A DNA stretch of 64,000 nucleotides, taken from the NCBI GenBank assembly GCA_044356535.1, contig JBIKWC010000004.1, positions 14,707 to 78,706 of the forward strand. Reading direction: 5' to 3'. The DNA is from Myxococcota bacterium (lineage in GTDB: Bacteria; Myxococcota_A; UBA796; GCA-2862545). Of this stretch, positions 17,769 through 27,329 are shown one piece after another. The notes under the pieces were generated by a model. That model was given only the letters and a program-made list of their open reading frames with translations, searched no databases and was not told where the DNA came from. Each line of letters begins with the position of its first letter. Positions within the stretch are counted from its first letter, which is position 1. The position numbers were made by a program, and so were the translations under genes.

Positions 17769-18932
17769 ATGGCCACCCTCAACTTCGCCACCCGCGAGCT
17801 GACCGCGAAGATCGTCTTCTTCGGGGCACAGGGCGCGGGCTGCAACACGAACGTGGCGCGCCTGTTCCACCTCGTGGGCGGCACGCGGCGCAGCGCGCTG
17901 CTCAAGCTGTCGAGCGAAGGCGAGACCGAGCACTCCTGGTGCTTCGAGTTCTCGGACGAGGAGCCCGCCCCGGTCACCGGCTTCACGATGGTGTTCCGCG
18001 TGTACTCGCTGCCGGGCGCGATCGGGCTCGGTGCCCACCGGGAGGAGGTCGTCGAGGGGCTCGACGGCGTGGTGTTCGTCGCCGACGCGCGCCCCGACCG
18101 CAACCAACGCAACGTGGAGGCCCTCCTCGAGCTCGAGGGTCGGCTCGGCCGGGCCGGGCACGAGCTCGCGCACACCCTCGTCACGCTGCAGGTCAACCAC
18201 ACCGACGCCGACGGCGCGCGTCCGGTGAGCGACGTCACGTTCGACCTCAACCCCTACGGCTTCCCGGTGTTCGAGGCCGCCGCCCACGAGGGCCGCGGCG
18301 TGCTCGAGACCCACCTCTCCGTCGCCCACCGCATCCGTGAGGCCGTGTCGGCGGCGCTGACGGGAGCGCCGTCTCCGCTGCTCCTCACTGCCACCCACGA
18401 CTCCGAGCGCTCGACCGACGTCGACCTCGTACGCGCCCACGTGGCCGCGATTCACACGCAGATGCGGACGCCGCCGCTGCAGGAGGAGCGAGCGCCCGAG
18501 GAGGAGCTGCCGCCCGTCGAGCTGCAGGAGGGCCCGACGGTGGAGGTGCCGTTCCAGCCGCGCGAGCTCGCCGGGTTCCACCCCGTCCGGGTCCTCGGCA
18601 CCATGGTCGACGGCGACCGCGTGTGGGTCGAGCTCGCCATGGAGCGCATGGGCGGCGGCGAGGTCCGGCGGGTGGCGCTGGTGCTGCAGAACCGCCCACC
18701 CGACACGGCCCCGGTGGCGCTGCCGCAGGCCTCGCCGGTGCAGCAGGCTCCGGTGTTGTCCGAGGGCTCCGGGGCGCGCTCGGTGTTCGACTTCCTCCCG
18801 GAGTCCGTGGTGTACCCGGAGGCCCCGACGGGCCCGCGGACCGACCTCCCCGGCGTCTGGTACGGCCTCCTCGGGGTTGGGGGCGGCATCCTCATCGGGC
18901 TCCTGTCGGCCTATGTCCTCGGCGCCGTCTGA
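17769..18932 (+). CDS. MglA-like small Ras-family (pseudo)GTPase with C-terminal extension and tail TM anchor
   Basis: N-terminus aligns to MglA (NFATRELTAKIVFFGAQGAGCNTNVARLF vs [29 protein letters not shown]). P-loop Lys replaced (GAGCNT); NKxD degenerated to NHTD. ~200-aa extension ends in VWYGLLGVGGGILIGLLSAYVLGAV. Confidence 0.7.
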   Translation: MATLNFATRELTAKIVFFGAQGAGCNTNVARLFHLVGGTRRSALLKLSSEGETEHSWCFEFSDEEPAPVTGFTMVFRVYSLPGAIGLGAHREEVVEGLDGVVFVADARPDRNQRNVEALLELEGRLGRAGHELAHTLVTLQVNHTDADGARPVSDVTFDLNPYGFPVFEAAAHEGRGVLETHLSVAHRIREAVSAALTGAPSPLLLTATHDSERSTDVDLVRAHVAAIHTQMRTPPLQEERAPEEELPPVELQEGPTVEVPFQPRELAGFHPVRVLGTMVDGDRVWVELAMERMGGGEVRRVALVLQNRPPDTAPVALPQASPVQQAPVLSEGSGARSVFDFLPESVVYPEAPTGPRTDLPGVWYGLLGVGGGILIGLLSAYVLGAV

Positions 18933-19040
18933 ACCCACCCACGCTGGAACGTGAGGGGAGCCTCCGGGGTTGGTGAGAACGAGCTGTGAGGCCTCCCCAC
19001 CGGGAGCGCGCTCCGTTATTTCTCGCCAGTGGAGGATCAC

Positions 19041-19598
19041 ATGCGCTGGTTGCCCAACGTGTCTGTCGCCTTGTTGTTCGCCGCCATGGCCTTCGCGCCC
19101 GCGGGCGCATCCGCGGGCACCACCATCGAGGGCAAACCGAAGCTGACCTTCTACGCCACCGGGTCTCCGGGATTCATGAGCATCGAAGGTGTGACCAGCA
19201 CGGTGAAGCTCACCGACGACGGCACGAAGCTCGCATTCACCGTCCCCATGGCCACCGTCGACTCGGGCATCACGCTCCGCGACGAACACATGAACAAGAA
19301 CTACGTGCAGATCGACCAGTTCCCGGACGTGGTCCTCGAGTTCGCGAAGGCCGACGTCAAGTGGCCCACCGAGGGTTCGACGGAGGCGACGGTGCAGGGG
19401 ACCTTCACGCTGCACGGCGTCACGCAGCCCACCACGGTCGGCTACACGATCAGCAAGACCAAGACCGGCTGGCGCGTGAAGGCCCGGTTCGACTACGACA
19501 CCAGCAAACACGGCATCACGATCGAGCCCTACATGGGCATCTCGTTCGACTCCAAGATGTACGCCACCGCCGTCGTGGACCTCGTCGATGCGCCCTGA
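19041..19598 (+). CDS. YceI-like periplasmic polyisoprenoid-binding family protein
   Basis: Signal peptide MRWLPNVSVALLFAAMAFAPAGASA. YceI-like beta-barrel motifs (TFTLHGVTQP, KARFDYDTS). Confidence 0.8.
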   Translation: MRWLPNVSVALLFAAMAFAPAGASAGTTIEGKPKLTFYATGSPGFMSIEGVTSTVKLTDDGTKLAFTVPMATVDSGITLRDEHMNKNYVQIDQFPDVVLEFAKADVKWPTEGSTEATVQGTFTLHGVTQPTTVGYTISKTKTGWRVKARFDYDTSKHGITIEPYMGISFDSKMYATAVVDLVDAP

Positions 19599-20766
19599 GC
19601 TCCGCGGCGCGGTCGCAGCGCTGGCGGCAGTGTCGGCAGTGACCCTGGCGCTCCGCGAGGAGCCGGCGCGCGCGTACCCCTGGATGATCCACCACGGGTA
19701 CACGGGCTGCGCCCAGTGCCACGTCGACCCGTCCGGCGCGGGCGTCCTCACGGACTACGGTCGGGCGCAGGGTGAGATCCTCCTCCGCACGCACTACTCG
19801 GGCGAGGTCGCCGAGAACCCGGGCAAGATCAAGGACTTCCTGTTCGGCGCCGTGCCGCTGCCCGAGGTCCTGCACCTCCAGGCCGACGTCCGCGGCCTGC
19901 TGATCCCCGACCCCGCCAACCTGCAGGCGATCCTGATGCAGTCGGACCTGCGCGGAGCCGTGCAAACGAAGCGCTTCTCGGCCTCGGCGAGCGTGGGGAC
20001 GGTGTCGCGCGGCGCCGAGGAGGCCTGGGTCTCGTCGGGTGACGGCTGGAACCTCGTGTCCCGCGAGTACTGGGCCGGCGTGTCCCCGAGCAAGGCCGTC
20101 ACCGTGCGGGCCGGGCGCATGAACCTGCCGTTCGGGCTGCGCACCGAGGACCACATCCTCGACGTCCGCGGCGCCACCCGCACGACGCTCAACGACGAAC
20201 AGCAGACCGGCGTGTCGGTCTTCTGGAACAACAAGAAGTTCCGTGGCGAGCTCATGGGCATCGCCGGCAACTTCCAGGTTCGCCCGGACTCGTTCCGCGA
20301 CCGCGGATACAGCCTGTACCTGGCGTGGGCCCCCGAGACCACCCTCGAGCTCGGCGTGTCGAGCCTGTTCACCACGGCTGCGACCGACCTCGTGACGCTC
20401 GGCCCCCGCACCCGTCTCGCCGAGGGCGTGTTCGGGCGCTGGGCCCCGGTCGACGAGCTGGCGTTCCTCGCCGAGGCCGATGTGTTGCTCGACAACCAGG
20501 ACGGCGCGGCCGCAACCGGGCTCGTGACCACGGCGATCGTCGACTACGAGCCGGTCCAGGGGCTGCACCTGCAGGCCATCGGCGAGACCTGCGACGACGC
20601 GTTCGGCGACGACGCGGGCGCCTCGGTGACCGGGACGGGCGCAGCGCAGTGGTTCTTCTTGCCGCACGCTGATCTCCGGCTCGATGGCGGCTACGGCTCC
20701 GTGTTCTGCACCCCCGGGGTGCCTGGCTCTCCGTTCGGTCTGTTGCAGGCGCACTTCTTCCTGTAG
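19588..20766 (+). CDS. Cyc2-like fused monoheme cytochrome c-porin (outer-membrane beta-barrel with N-terminal CxxCH)
   Basis: Signal peptide. Single CAQCH immediately after the predicted cleavage site. Then ~340 aa of alternating amphipathic beta-strand-like segments ending in aromatic ...LQAHFFL. Overlaps the YceI gene end by 11 bp. Confidence 0.65.
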   Translation: MRPELRGAVAALAAVSAVTLALREEPARAYPWMIHHGYTGCAQCHVDPSGAGVLTDYGRAQGEILLRTHYSGEVAENPGKIKDFLFGAVPLPEVLHLQADVRGLLIPDPANLQAILMQSDLRGAVQTKRFSASASVGTVSRGAEEAWVSSGDGWNLVSREYWAGVSPSKAVTVRAGRMNLPFGLRTEDHILDVRGATRTTLNDEQQTGVSVFWNNKKFRGELMGIAGNFQVRPDSFRDRGYSLYLAWAPETTLELGVSSLFTTAATDLVTLGPRTRLAEGVFGRWAPVDELAFLAEADVLLDNQDGAAATGLVTTAIVDYEPVQGLHLQAIGETCDDAFGDDAGASVTGTGAAQWFFLPHADLRLDGGYGSVFCTPGVPGSPFGLLQAHFFL

Positions 20767-20774
20767 GAGCGTCG

Positions 20775-21263
20775 ATGTCCACGCTGTTCGCCGCCATCGC
20801 GTTGTTCGCGCCCGGCGCCCTGGCCTCCCCGGGGTACCCCGCCGACCTCGAGAGCGAGCTCGGGATGCCGTGTGCGCCGCCGTGCACCGTGTGCCACGAC
20901 TCCAACGTGGGCGGCGCCGGCACCGTCACCGCGGCGTTCGGCGTCGCGATGGAGGGCGCGGGCCTGGCCGGGGGCTCGCAGACCGACCTGCTGGTGACGG
21001 CGCTCGGGCAGCTCGACGCCGACAGCGACGGAGACGGCACTCTGGACGTCGACGAGCTCGCCGCCGGGGACGACCCCAACGGCGGGCCCTCCCTCTGCGA
21101 TGCCGTCGCGCCCGAATACGGTTGCTTCAACCAGGGCCAGGGCCCCGCCGGCCTCGTCGCGGTAGCCCTCGCCGCCCTGGCCGTCAGGCGCGCCCGGGCG
21201 CCGGGTAGGTCCCCGCGAGGAACCGGTCCCACATCCGGTCGGACATCCAGCCCCGCAGCGTGA
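20775..21263 (+). CDS. small secreted monoheme CxxCH protein with MYXO-CTERM-like C-terminal sorting tail
   Basis: Signal peptide MSTLFAAIALFAPGALA. CTVCH. Acidic DxDGDG segment. C-terminal ...YGCFNQGQGPAGLVAVALAALAVRRAR (Cys, Gly-rich, hydrophobic helix, Arg cluster). Confidence 0.6.
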   Translation: MSTLFAAIALFAPGALASPGYPADLESELGMPCAPPCTVCHDSNVGGAGTVTAAFGVAMEGAGLAGGSQTDLLVTALGQLDADSDGDGTLDVDELAAGDDPNGGPSLCDAVAPEYGCFNQGQGPAGLVAVALAALAVRRARAPGRSPRGTGPTSGRTSSPAA

Positions 21264-22044
21264 CCATCACGTGAGCTGACGGCGTGACGAGGTACCGCGT
21301 GCGCGGGCGGTCCGCGTCCAGCGCCGTCTCCACCACGCGCGCCACGTCGTCCGGGTCTCCACCGGCGTACCGCCCGAGCGGCCCCTTCTCGTAGGCTTCC
21401 AGGGTGACCTTCTCGACGGTGCCGTTGAACGCATCGTACGGGCCGGGGGTGGCCGAAGGGGGCGCCATCTGCTGCGAAACCGCCTCGGCGAACCCCGTCC
21501 GGATGATGCCCGGCTGGATCAGGACCACGTCCACGCCGAAGCCCGCGAGCTCGAACCGAAGCGCGTCGGTGAGGGACTCCACCGCCCACTTCGTCGCGTG
21601 GTACGCGCCGCCACCCGGGAGCGTGAACCTGCCGCCCATCGAGCCGATGTTCACGATCCGCCCGTAGCCCTGGGCGCGCATGCCGGGAGCGCAGAGCTGC
21701 ACCATGCGCACGAGCCCGAACACGTTGGTCTCGAACTGGCGGCGCAGCTTGTCCATCGGCAGCGACTCGACCGCCCCGGACTGGCTGTACCCGGCGTTGT
21801 TCACGAGCGCGCCCACGACGCCGTGTTCGCGCTCGATCTGCGCGACTGCGGCGGTCATCGACGCCTCGTCGTTGACGTCGAGCGACACGACGGCGCACCC
21901 GGCGGCGACGCAGTCCTGCAGCGCCTCCACCTTGCGCGCCGTCGCCACCACCTTCTTGTCCGCCTTCGCCAGGCGGATGGCCGTGGCCTTCCCGATCCCG
22001 GACGAGCACCCTGTCACCAACACCACCTTCGACACCTGGCTCAC
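21184..22044 (-). CDS. short-chain dehydrogenase/reductase (SDR)
   Basis: TGCSSGIGKA Rossmann motif, NNAG, catalytic Y-x-x-x-K (YHATKWAV). GTG start overlaps the tetR stop (GTGA). Confidence 0.85.
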   Translation of the reverse strand: MSQVSKVVLVTGCSSGIGKATAIRLAKADKKVVATARKVEALQDCVAAGCAVVSLDVNDEASMTAAVAQIEREHGVVGALVNNAGYSQSGAVESLPMDKLRRQFETNVFGLVRMVQLCAPGMRAQGYGRIVNIGSMGGRFTLPGGGAYHATKWAVESLTDALRFELAGFGVDVVLIQPGIIRTGFAEAVSQQMAPPSATPGPYDAFNGTVEKVTLEAYEKGPLGRYAGGDPDDVARVVETALDADRPRTRYLVTPSAHVMVTLRGWMSDRMWDRFLAGTYPAPGRA

Positions 22045-22682
22045 GACGACCTCCGGGCAGCCCACAGCAGGTCCCGGAACAGGGACCGCAGCGCGGGCGA
22101 GAACTCCACCACCAGCGGCCAGAACTCCGGCCGGGCCAGCACCTCCGCCACCAGCGGCGGCGGCTGCGACATCGGGCGGTACGCGACGATCGCCGCGTGG
22201 GCCCGCAACAGGAACCTGGCGGCGGCCTCGGGCGACAGGCCCTCGAGGTGGGCCGCCAGCGCAGCCGAGGTCTCGAGCCCGCCCTGGAGGAGCGACGACT
22301 TGAACGCCCACACCGCATCCGCGCTCGCGTGCACCTCGAGCACCACGTGGAGCAGGCCCGCCAGCGCCAGCAGCACCTCGCGGGGCAGCAGCGTGTCCAC
22401 GAGCAGGTCCGCCACGGCGTCGGGGGTGCGGGCCACGCTGGGGAGCCCGGCCACCACCTGCCGCCACCACGCTGCGTACTCGCGGGCGCAGAGCTCGAGG
22501 AACAGCGACTCCCGGCTGTCCCAGTACAGGTAGGGGGTGCCCTTCGCCACGCCGGCTGCTGCCGCCACGCTCTCCATCCGCAGCGACGACCACCCCCCAC
22601 GCAGCAGCGAGACCCCCGCCGCCTGCAGGATCTGGGTCCGGCGTTCCTCCTTCTGTTCGGGGCTCCTGGCGCGCACGTCCAC
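22041..22682 (-). CDS. TetR/AcrR family transcriptional regulator
   Basis: N-terminal HTH (RTQILQAAGVSLLRGGWSSLRMESVAAAAGVAKGTPYLYW). 213 aa. Translationally coupled to the SDR. Confidence 0.85.
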   Translation of the reverse strand: MDVRARSPEQKEERRTQILQAAGVSLLRGGWSSLRMESVAAAAGVAKGTPYLYWDSRESLFLELCAREYAAWWRQVVAGLPSVARTPDAVADLLVDTLLPREVLLALAGLLHVVLEVHASADAVWAFKSSLLQGGLETSAALAAHLEGLSPEAAARFLLRAHAAIVAYRPMSQPPPLVAEVLARPEFWPLVVEFSPALRSLFRDLLWAARRSS

Positions 22683-22777
22683 TGGATAACTGACTGGTGG
22701 TCAGTTGCAAGAGCCGCTCCTGCGCCGGGGCTGTGGTAGCGTCGCGAGCCACGTGTCGCGCCCACGCCGGAGACCCC

Positions 22778-23140
22778 ATGAGCGAGCGGTTCGTCGTCAA
22801 CCTGACCCACGCCAACGACAACCCGGACCACGCTTCGGTGGCGTTCCTGCTGGCCAACGCTGCCGTCGCCTCGGGCAAGGAGACCGTCGTGTTCCTGTCG
22901 GTCGAGGGGGTCCGCCTGGCGATGCCGGGGTTCGCCCACACCGTCCACGAGCCCGGCTTCCAGGCGCTCCCCGAGCTGATGAGCAACTTCGTGGAGGCCG
23001 GCGGCCGGATCTTCCTCAGCGCGCCCTGCTTCAAGAAGCGCCGGCTCGACCCCACGAACCTGGTCCCGGGCGCCTCCCTCGTGAGCGCCGCCCAGCTCCT
23101 GGAGTTCATGTCGCCGGGCGCCAGCAGCCTCAGCTACTGA
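22778..23140 (+). CDS. DsrE/DsrF-like family protein
   Basis: MSERFVVNLTHANDNPDHASVAFLLANAAVASGKETVVFLSVEGV... typical DsrE-fold N-terminus. ~120 aa. Confidence 0.65.
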   Translation: MSERFVVNLTHANDNPDHASVAFLLANAAVASGKETVVFLSVEGVRLAMPGFAHTVHEPGFQALPELMSNFVEAGGRIFLSAPCFKKRRLDPTNLVPGASLVSAAQLLEFMSPGASSLSY

Positions 23141-23149
23141 CGGGTCCGG

Positions 23150-23989
23150 TCAGTACTCGTAGAAGCCCTTCCCGGCCTTCTTGCCGAGCCGCCCCTCGGC
23201 CACCATCGCGCGCATCAGCGGCGGGGGCTCGAACGCAGGGTTCCCGAGGGCGCCCGCCAGGTACTCGCCGATGTTCAGCCGCACGTCCAGGCCCACCAGG
23301 TCGGTGAGGGCGAGGGGCCCGATCGGGTGGCGGTACCCGAGGACCATGGCCTTGTCGATGTCTTCGGCCGAGGCCACGCCCTCCTGCACCATGCGGATCG
23401 CCTCCATCCCCAGCGCCACGCCCAGCCGGCTCGTCGCGAACCCGGGGCGGTCCTTCACCACGATGACCTGCTTGCCGAGCCGCTCTCCGAGGCTCCGCGT
23501 GGCCGCCAGCACCTCGGGCCGGGTGGAGTCGGAGACCACCACTTCGAGGAGCTCCATCAGGTGGACGGGGTTGAAGAAGTGGGTGCCCAGCACGCGCCCC
23601 GGATCGGGCACTGCGCCAGCGATGGCCGCGATCGACAGCGAGCTCGTGTTGGTGCCCAGCACCGCGCCCGCGGGGGCGATGGCGGCGACCTCGGCGAGGA
23701 GCTGCTGCTTGAGGGCGAGGCGCTCGGGGACGGCCTCGATGACGAAGTCTGCTCCCTCTGCGGCCAGCCGGAGGTCTCCGAGCCGCAGGTTCGCGAGCGC
23801 GCGGTCCCGCACCTCGGGCGTCACCTTGCCCCGCTCCACGCCCTTGTCGAGGTTGCTGCGGATGGTCCGGTTCGCCCGCTCGAGCTGCGCGGCGTCCGCG
23901 TCCGCCAGCACCACCACGCAGCCGGCCATCGCGGCCACCTGGGCGATGCCGAGCCCCATCGTGCCTGCACCGATCACGCCGAGCCGCAT
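23150..23989 (-). CDS. 3-hydroxyacyl-CoA / 3-hydroxybutyryl-CoA dehydrogenase
   Basis: MRLGVIGAGTMGLGIAQVAA NAD-binding motif; conserved HFFNPV, catalytic region. Confidence 0.85.
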   Translation of the reverse strand: MRLGVIGAGTMGLGIAQVAAMAGCVVVLADADAAQLERANRTIRSNLDKGVERGKVTPEVRDRALANLRLGDLRLAAEGADFVIEAVPERLALKQQLLAEVAAIAPAGAVLGTNTSSLSIAAIAGAVPDPGRVLGTHFFNPVHLMELLEVVVSDSTRPEVLAATRSLGERLGKQVIVVKDRPGFATSRLGVALGMEAIRMVQEGVASAEDIDKAMVLGYRHPIGPLALTDLVGLDVRLNIGEYLAGALGNPAFEPPPLMRAMVAEGRLGKKAGKGFYEY

Positions 23990-24202
23990 GCCGTAGCCTC
24001 CGGCGGCCGCGTAACGCCCCACCGCACCGCCGACCGGGGCCGTGCCCATCGCGTGTGCACACGCCATCATCACCCGGTCTCTGCGATCGCCGTCTCGTGG
24101 TCGAAGAACCGGCGTTCATCCCGAATCAACCACCGAATCAGTCCTGCATCGTGGTCATGGCGCCAGGTGGGCCGCGGTCGCGACGACCACGTGACGGAAG
24201 CG

Positions 24203-25957
24203 TCACGGAACCGCAGCGACCGCCGGTCGGACGTCGCGCACGTCGAGCTGGAGGCGCGAAGTGCCGTTCCAATGGTGCTCGCCGAGGCCACACAACACGT
24301 CCACGGGCCCCGCCTGAAGGGCCTCCGCGTGTTCGGCCTTGCGCCACCAGACGGCTTCGATCGCGCGATCTCCTGCGCCCCGGATCAGGAACTTGAGGAG
24401 GGCCTGCGACTCGCCCTTCACCTGCACGCTGAAGGGCCGCACGCCCGGCACCAACAAGGCGGGCGCGGGGTTGCCCATCCCGAACGGACCGAGCCGGGCG
24501 AGCTCGTCGGACAGCGGCTGCCCGAGCTCGTGCGACGCCACGACGACGTCCACCCGGCGCTCCGGGAGCGCGCCGTCGACCGGGGCCGCGCCGTCCGCGA
24601 AGGTGGAGAGGCGGTCGCGGAGCCGATCGAGGTCGGCGGTGCGGACGGTGAAGCCCGCGGCGGCAGGGTGGCCGCCATACTTCAGGAGCAGGTCCGCTGC
24701 GGTGTCGAGCGCATGGATGGCGTGGACCCCGGGGATGGAGCGCACGCTGCCCACGGCGTACTCGCCCTGGACGCTCACGATGGCGACGGGGCGCTCGACC
24801 TCGTCCTTCACGCGCGCGGCGACGATGCCCACGACGCCGCGGTGCCAGCCCTCGTCCTCGCGGCCCGACAACACCACGAACGGCGGGGGTGGGTCCGGGA
24901 TGGCGGCGAGGCAGCTCTCGACCAGGCGCTTCTGGATGTCGCGGCGCTCGGTGTTGAGCGCGTCGAGGCGCTCGGCCAGCGCACGGGCCTTGGCGGGATC
25001 GCGTTCGCCCAGGAGCTGGACCACGAGGTTGGCTTCCGCCACCCGGCCCGCGGCGTTGATGCGCGGCCCGATGCGGTAGCCCAGCGCGACCTCGTCGATG
25101 CGGGCGTCGTCGCCGGTGAGGCCGCTCACGTCGAGCAGGGCCTGCAGCCCGGGGTGGTGGGGCCCCCGGTTGAGCTCGCCGAGCCCCAGGGCCACGATGG
25201 CGCGGTTCTCGAGGGTGGCGAGCGAGACCATGTCGGCGACGGTGCCGATGGCGGCGAGCTTGAGGAGCGACCGCAGGACGCCGTCGCGCTTGGGGTGGTC
25301 CCGCAGGAGGGCCTGCGCGAGCTTGAGCGACACCCCACACGCCGCGAGCGAGCGGTTGGGGTACGCGTCGCCCTGCTGCGGGGGGCACAACACGATCGCG
25401 TCGGTGGGGACGGCGGCGCCGGCCGGCAGGTGGTGGTCGCACACCAACACCCCGAGCCCCCGGGACCGCGCGGCCTCCACGGCGGCGTGGTCGCGAACGC
25501 CGATGTCGGCGGTGACGACGAGCCCGATGCCGTCCTCGGCGGCCTGCTGGGCGGCGCGCACGCTGAACCCGTACCCCTCGTCGAAGCGGCTCGGGATGTG
25601 GTAGCTGACGTCGACCTGAGGCTCACACAGCTTGAGCACGGCCTGCAGGATGAGCGACGACGTGGTGCCGTCCACGTCGTAGTCGGTGACGACGCGGATC
25701 TTCTCCTTGCGGCGCAGCGCGGAGCGCAGGCGATCGACCGCGGCGTCCATGTTGAGCATGCGGGCCGGGTCGTGCAGGTGGTCGAGGGAGGGCGACATCC
25801 ACCGGGCGGCGGCGGGGAGGTCGTCGCCGTCCCAGCGCAGGGCCAGGATCTGGGCGGCGGGCCGGGACAGGCCGGTCTCGCGTTGCAGCGTGGCGATGCG
25901 GTCGGTGGGGACCGCGGCGGTGGTCCAGCGGGCGCCGGTGAGGGAGGCTTCGGCCAT
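24203..25957 (-). CDS. recJ: single-stranded-DNA-specific exonuclease RecJ
   Basis: DHH motifs (VVTDYDVDGTTS, LVVTADIG, VCDHH) and DHHA1 region. 584 aa. Confidence 0.9.
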   Translation of the reverse strand: MAEASLTGARWTTAAVPTDRIATLQRETGLSRPAAQILALRWDGDDLPAAARWMSPSLDHLHDPARMLNMDAAVDRLRSALRRKEKIRVVTDYDVDGTTSSLILQAVLKLCEPQVDVSYHIPSRFDEGYGFSVRAAQQAAEDGIGLVVTADIGVRDHAAVEAARSRGLGVLVCDHHLPAGAAVPTDAIVLCPPQQGDAYPNRSLAACGVSLKLAQALLRDHPKRDGVLRSLLKLAAIGTVADMVSLATLENRAIVALGLGELNRGPHHPGLQALLDVSGLTGDDARIDEVALGYRIGPRINAAGRVAEANLVVQLLGERDPAKARALAERLDALNTERRDIQKRLVESCLAAIPDPPPPFVVLSGREDEGWHRGVVGIVAARVKDEVERPVAIVSVQGEYAVGSVRSIPGVHAIHALDTAADLLLKYGGHPAAAGFTVRTADLDRLRDRLSTFADGAAPVDGALPERRVDVVVASHELGQPLSDELARLGPFGMGNPAPALLVPGVRPFSVQVKGESQALLKFLIRGAGDRAIEAVWWRKAEHAEALQAGPVDVLCGLGEHHWNGTSRLQLDVRDVRPAVAAVP

Positions 25958-26042
25958 CCGTCCGCCTTATCTCCCGCGCGGGCCAGAATGTGTCCGGCTG
26001 CTGGTCCACGCCGGGCGACGCTCGTTCCTGGCTTCGGCGGCA

Positions 26043-27314
26043 GTGTTACTCGCCCGCGTGCCTGAATACCGTGGAAACCTGCAAGAGGTGATGCTCCGGA
26101 TCCTCGAGATCCTGGTGTCCGAGGGTGCGTTGCAGGGGCAGCTGGCGCAGATCCACCACGAGCTGTGGTCCGTGATCGACGCCAGCAACCTGTACGTGGC
26201 CCTGTTCGACGAGGCCTCCGGGCTGTACGTGTTCCCCTACAACGCCGACCCGGACGACCAGGACTTCGCCCCGCAGGCCCTGCGCAAGAGCCTCACCGAC
26301 TACGTCCGCCGGACCGGCGAGGCCCTGCTCTGCCGCGAGGCCGACATGGACGCCCTCGCGGCGGCGGGCCACATCGAGCAGATCGGCCTGCCGTCGCCCG
26401 TGTGGCTGGGCGCGCCCCTCATCACCCCCACGCGCTGCATCGGCGCGGTGGTGGTGCAGCACTACACCGACGCTGCCGCCCTCGGGCCCGACGACGTCCC
26501 CACCCTCTCCGCGGTGGGCCGCTGCATGGCGGTGGCGGTGGAGCGCGCGTGGCTCGAGGAGCGGCGCCGCGCTGACCACGAGCTGCGGCTGCGCTCGCTC
26601 GTGTCCTCCCGCGACGAAGCCGTGCGCGCCAGCCGCGCCAAGAGCGCGTTCCTGGCGAACATGTCGCACGAGTTGCGCACGCCACTCAACGCGATCCTGG
26701 GGTACACGGACCTGCTGCTGGAGGAGCGCGAGGACGACACCGCGGACCCGCGCCTGGTGGCGGACCTCGGCTCGATCCGCAGCGCAGCGCGGCACCTGCG
26801 GGAGCTGATCGACGGCGTGCTCGACCTCACCCAGGTGGAGTCCGGCAACTACGAGCTCACGCTCGGCGACGTCGCCGTGGACGCCGTGGTGGACGACGTG
26901 TGTACCCAGGTGGCGCCGCTGGCGGCCCGCCGCGGGAACCAGCTCCTGCGCGTGGGGACCGGGGGCACGGTGGTCACGGATCGGCGCGCGCTCCTGCAGA
27001 TCCTGCTCAACCTGGTCGCGAACGGCTGCAAGTTCACGGAGCGGGGCCAGATCGCGATCCGGGTGCGACGCGGCGACGACGGCGTGATCATCGAGGTCTC
27101 CGACACGGGGATCGGCATCGACCCGAGCCGCCTGGCGGAGGTGTTCGAACCGTTCGTGCAGGTGGACGCCTCGAGCACGAAGGAGCACGGCGGCACGGGC
27201 CTGGGCCTGTCGATCGCGGCCCGCCTGGCGGGCGAGCTGGGGGGCCACATCGAGGCGGCGAGCGTGCCGGGCCGCGGCACGACGTTCACGCTGTTCGTAC
27301 CGACCCGGACGTAG
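26043..27314 (+). CDS. sensor histidine kinase with N-terminal GAF domain (orphan, no adjacent response regulator)
   Basis: H-box SHELRTPLNAILGY; N, G1 (DTGIGI), G2 (GGTGLGLSIA) boxes; GAF-like N-terminus. Confidence 0.8.
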   Translation: MLLARVPEYRGNLQEVMLRILEILVSEGALQGQLAQIHHELWSVIDASNLYVALFDEASGLYVFPYNADPDDQDFAPQALRKSLTDYVRRTGEALLCREADMDALAAAGHIEQIGLPSPVWLGAPLITPTRCIGAVVVQHYTDAAALGPDDVPTLSAVGRCMAVAVERAWLEERRRADHELRLRSLVSSRDEAVRASRAKSAFLANMSHELRTPLNAILGYTDLLLEEREDDTADPRLVADLGSIRSAARHLRELIDGVLDLTQVESGNYELTLGDVAVDAVVDDVCTQVAPLAARRGNQLLRVGTGGTVVTDRRALLQILLNLVANGCKFTERGQIAIRVRRGDDGVIIEVSDTGIGIDPSRLAEVFEPFVQVDASSTKEHGGTGLGLSIAARLAGELGGHIEAASVPGRGTTFTLFVPTRT

Positions 27315-27329
27315 CCTCCGGCGCGAGCG

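Noticed and set aside
15593-19751. 885-aa and 694-aa (-) ORFs across lgt, the MglA-like and YceI region
   Set aside because: Arg/Pro/Gly-rich translations lacking motifs; they overlap several well-supported genes.
20369-26065. 859-aa (-), 912-aa (+) and other long ORFs over the SDR-tetR-hbd-recJ region
   Set aside because: Spurious antisense or off-frame ORFs of a high-GC genome.
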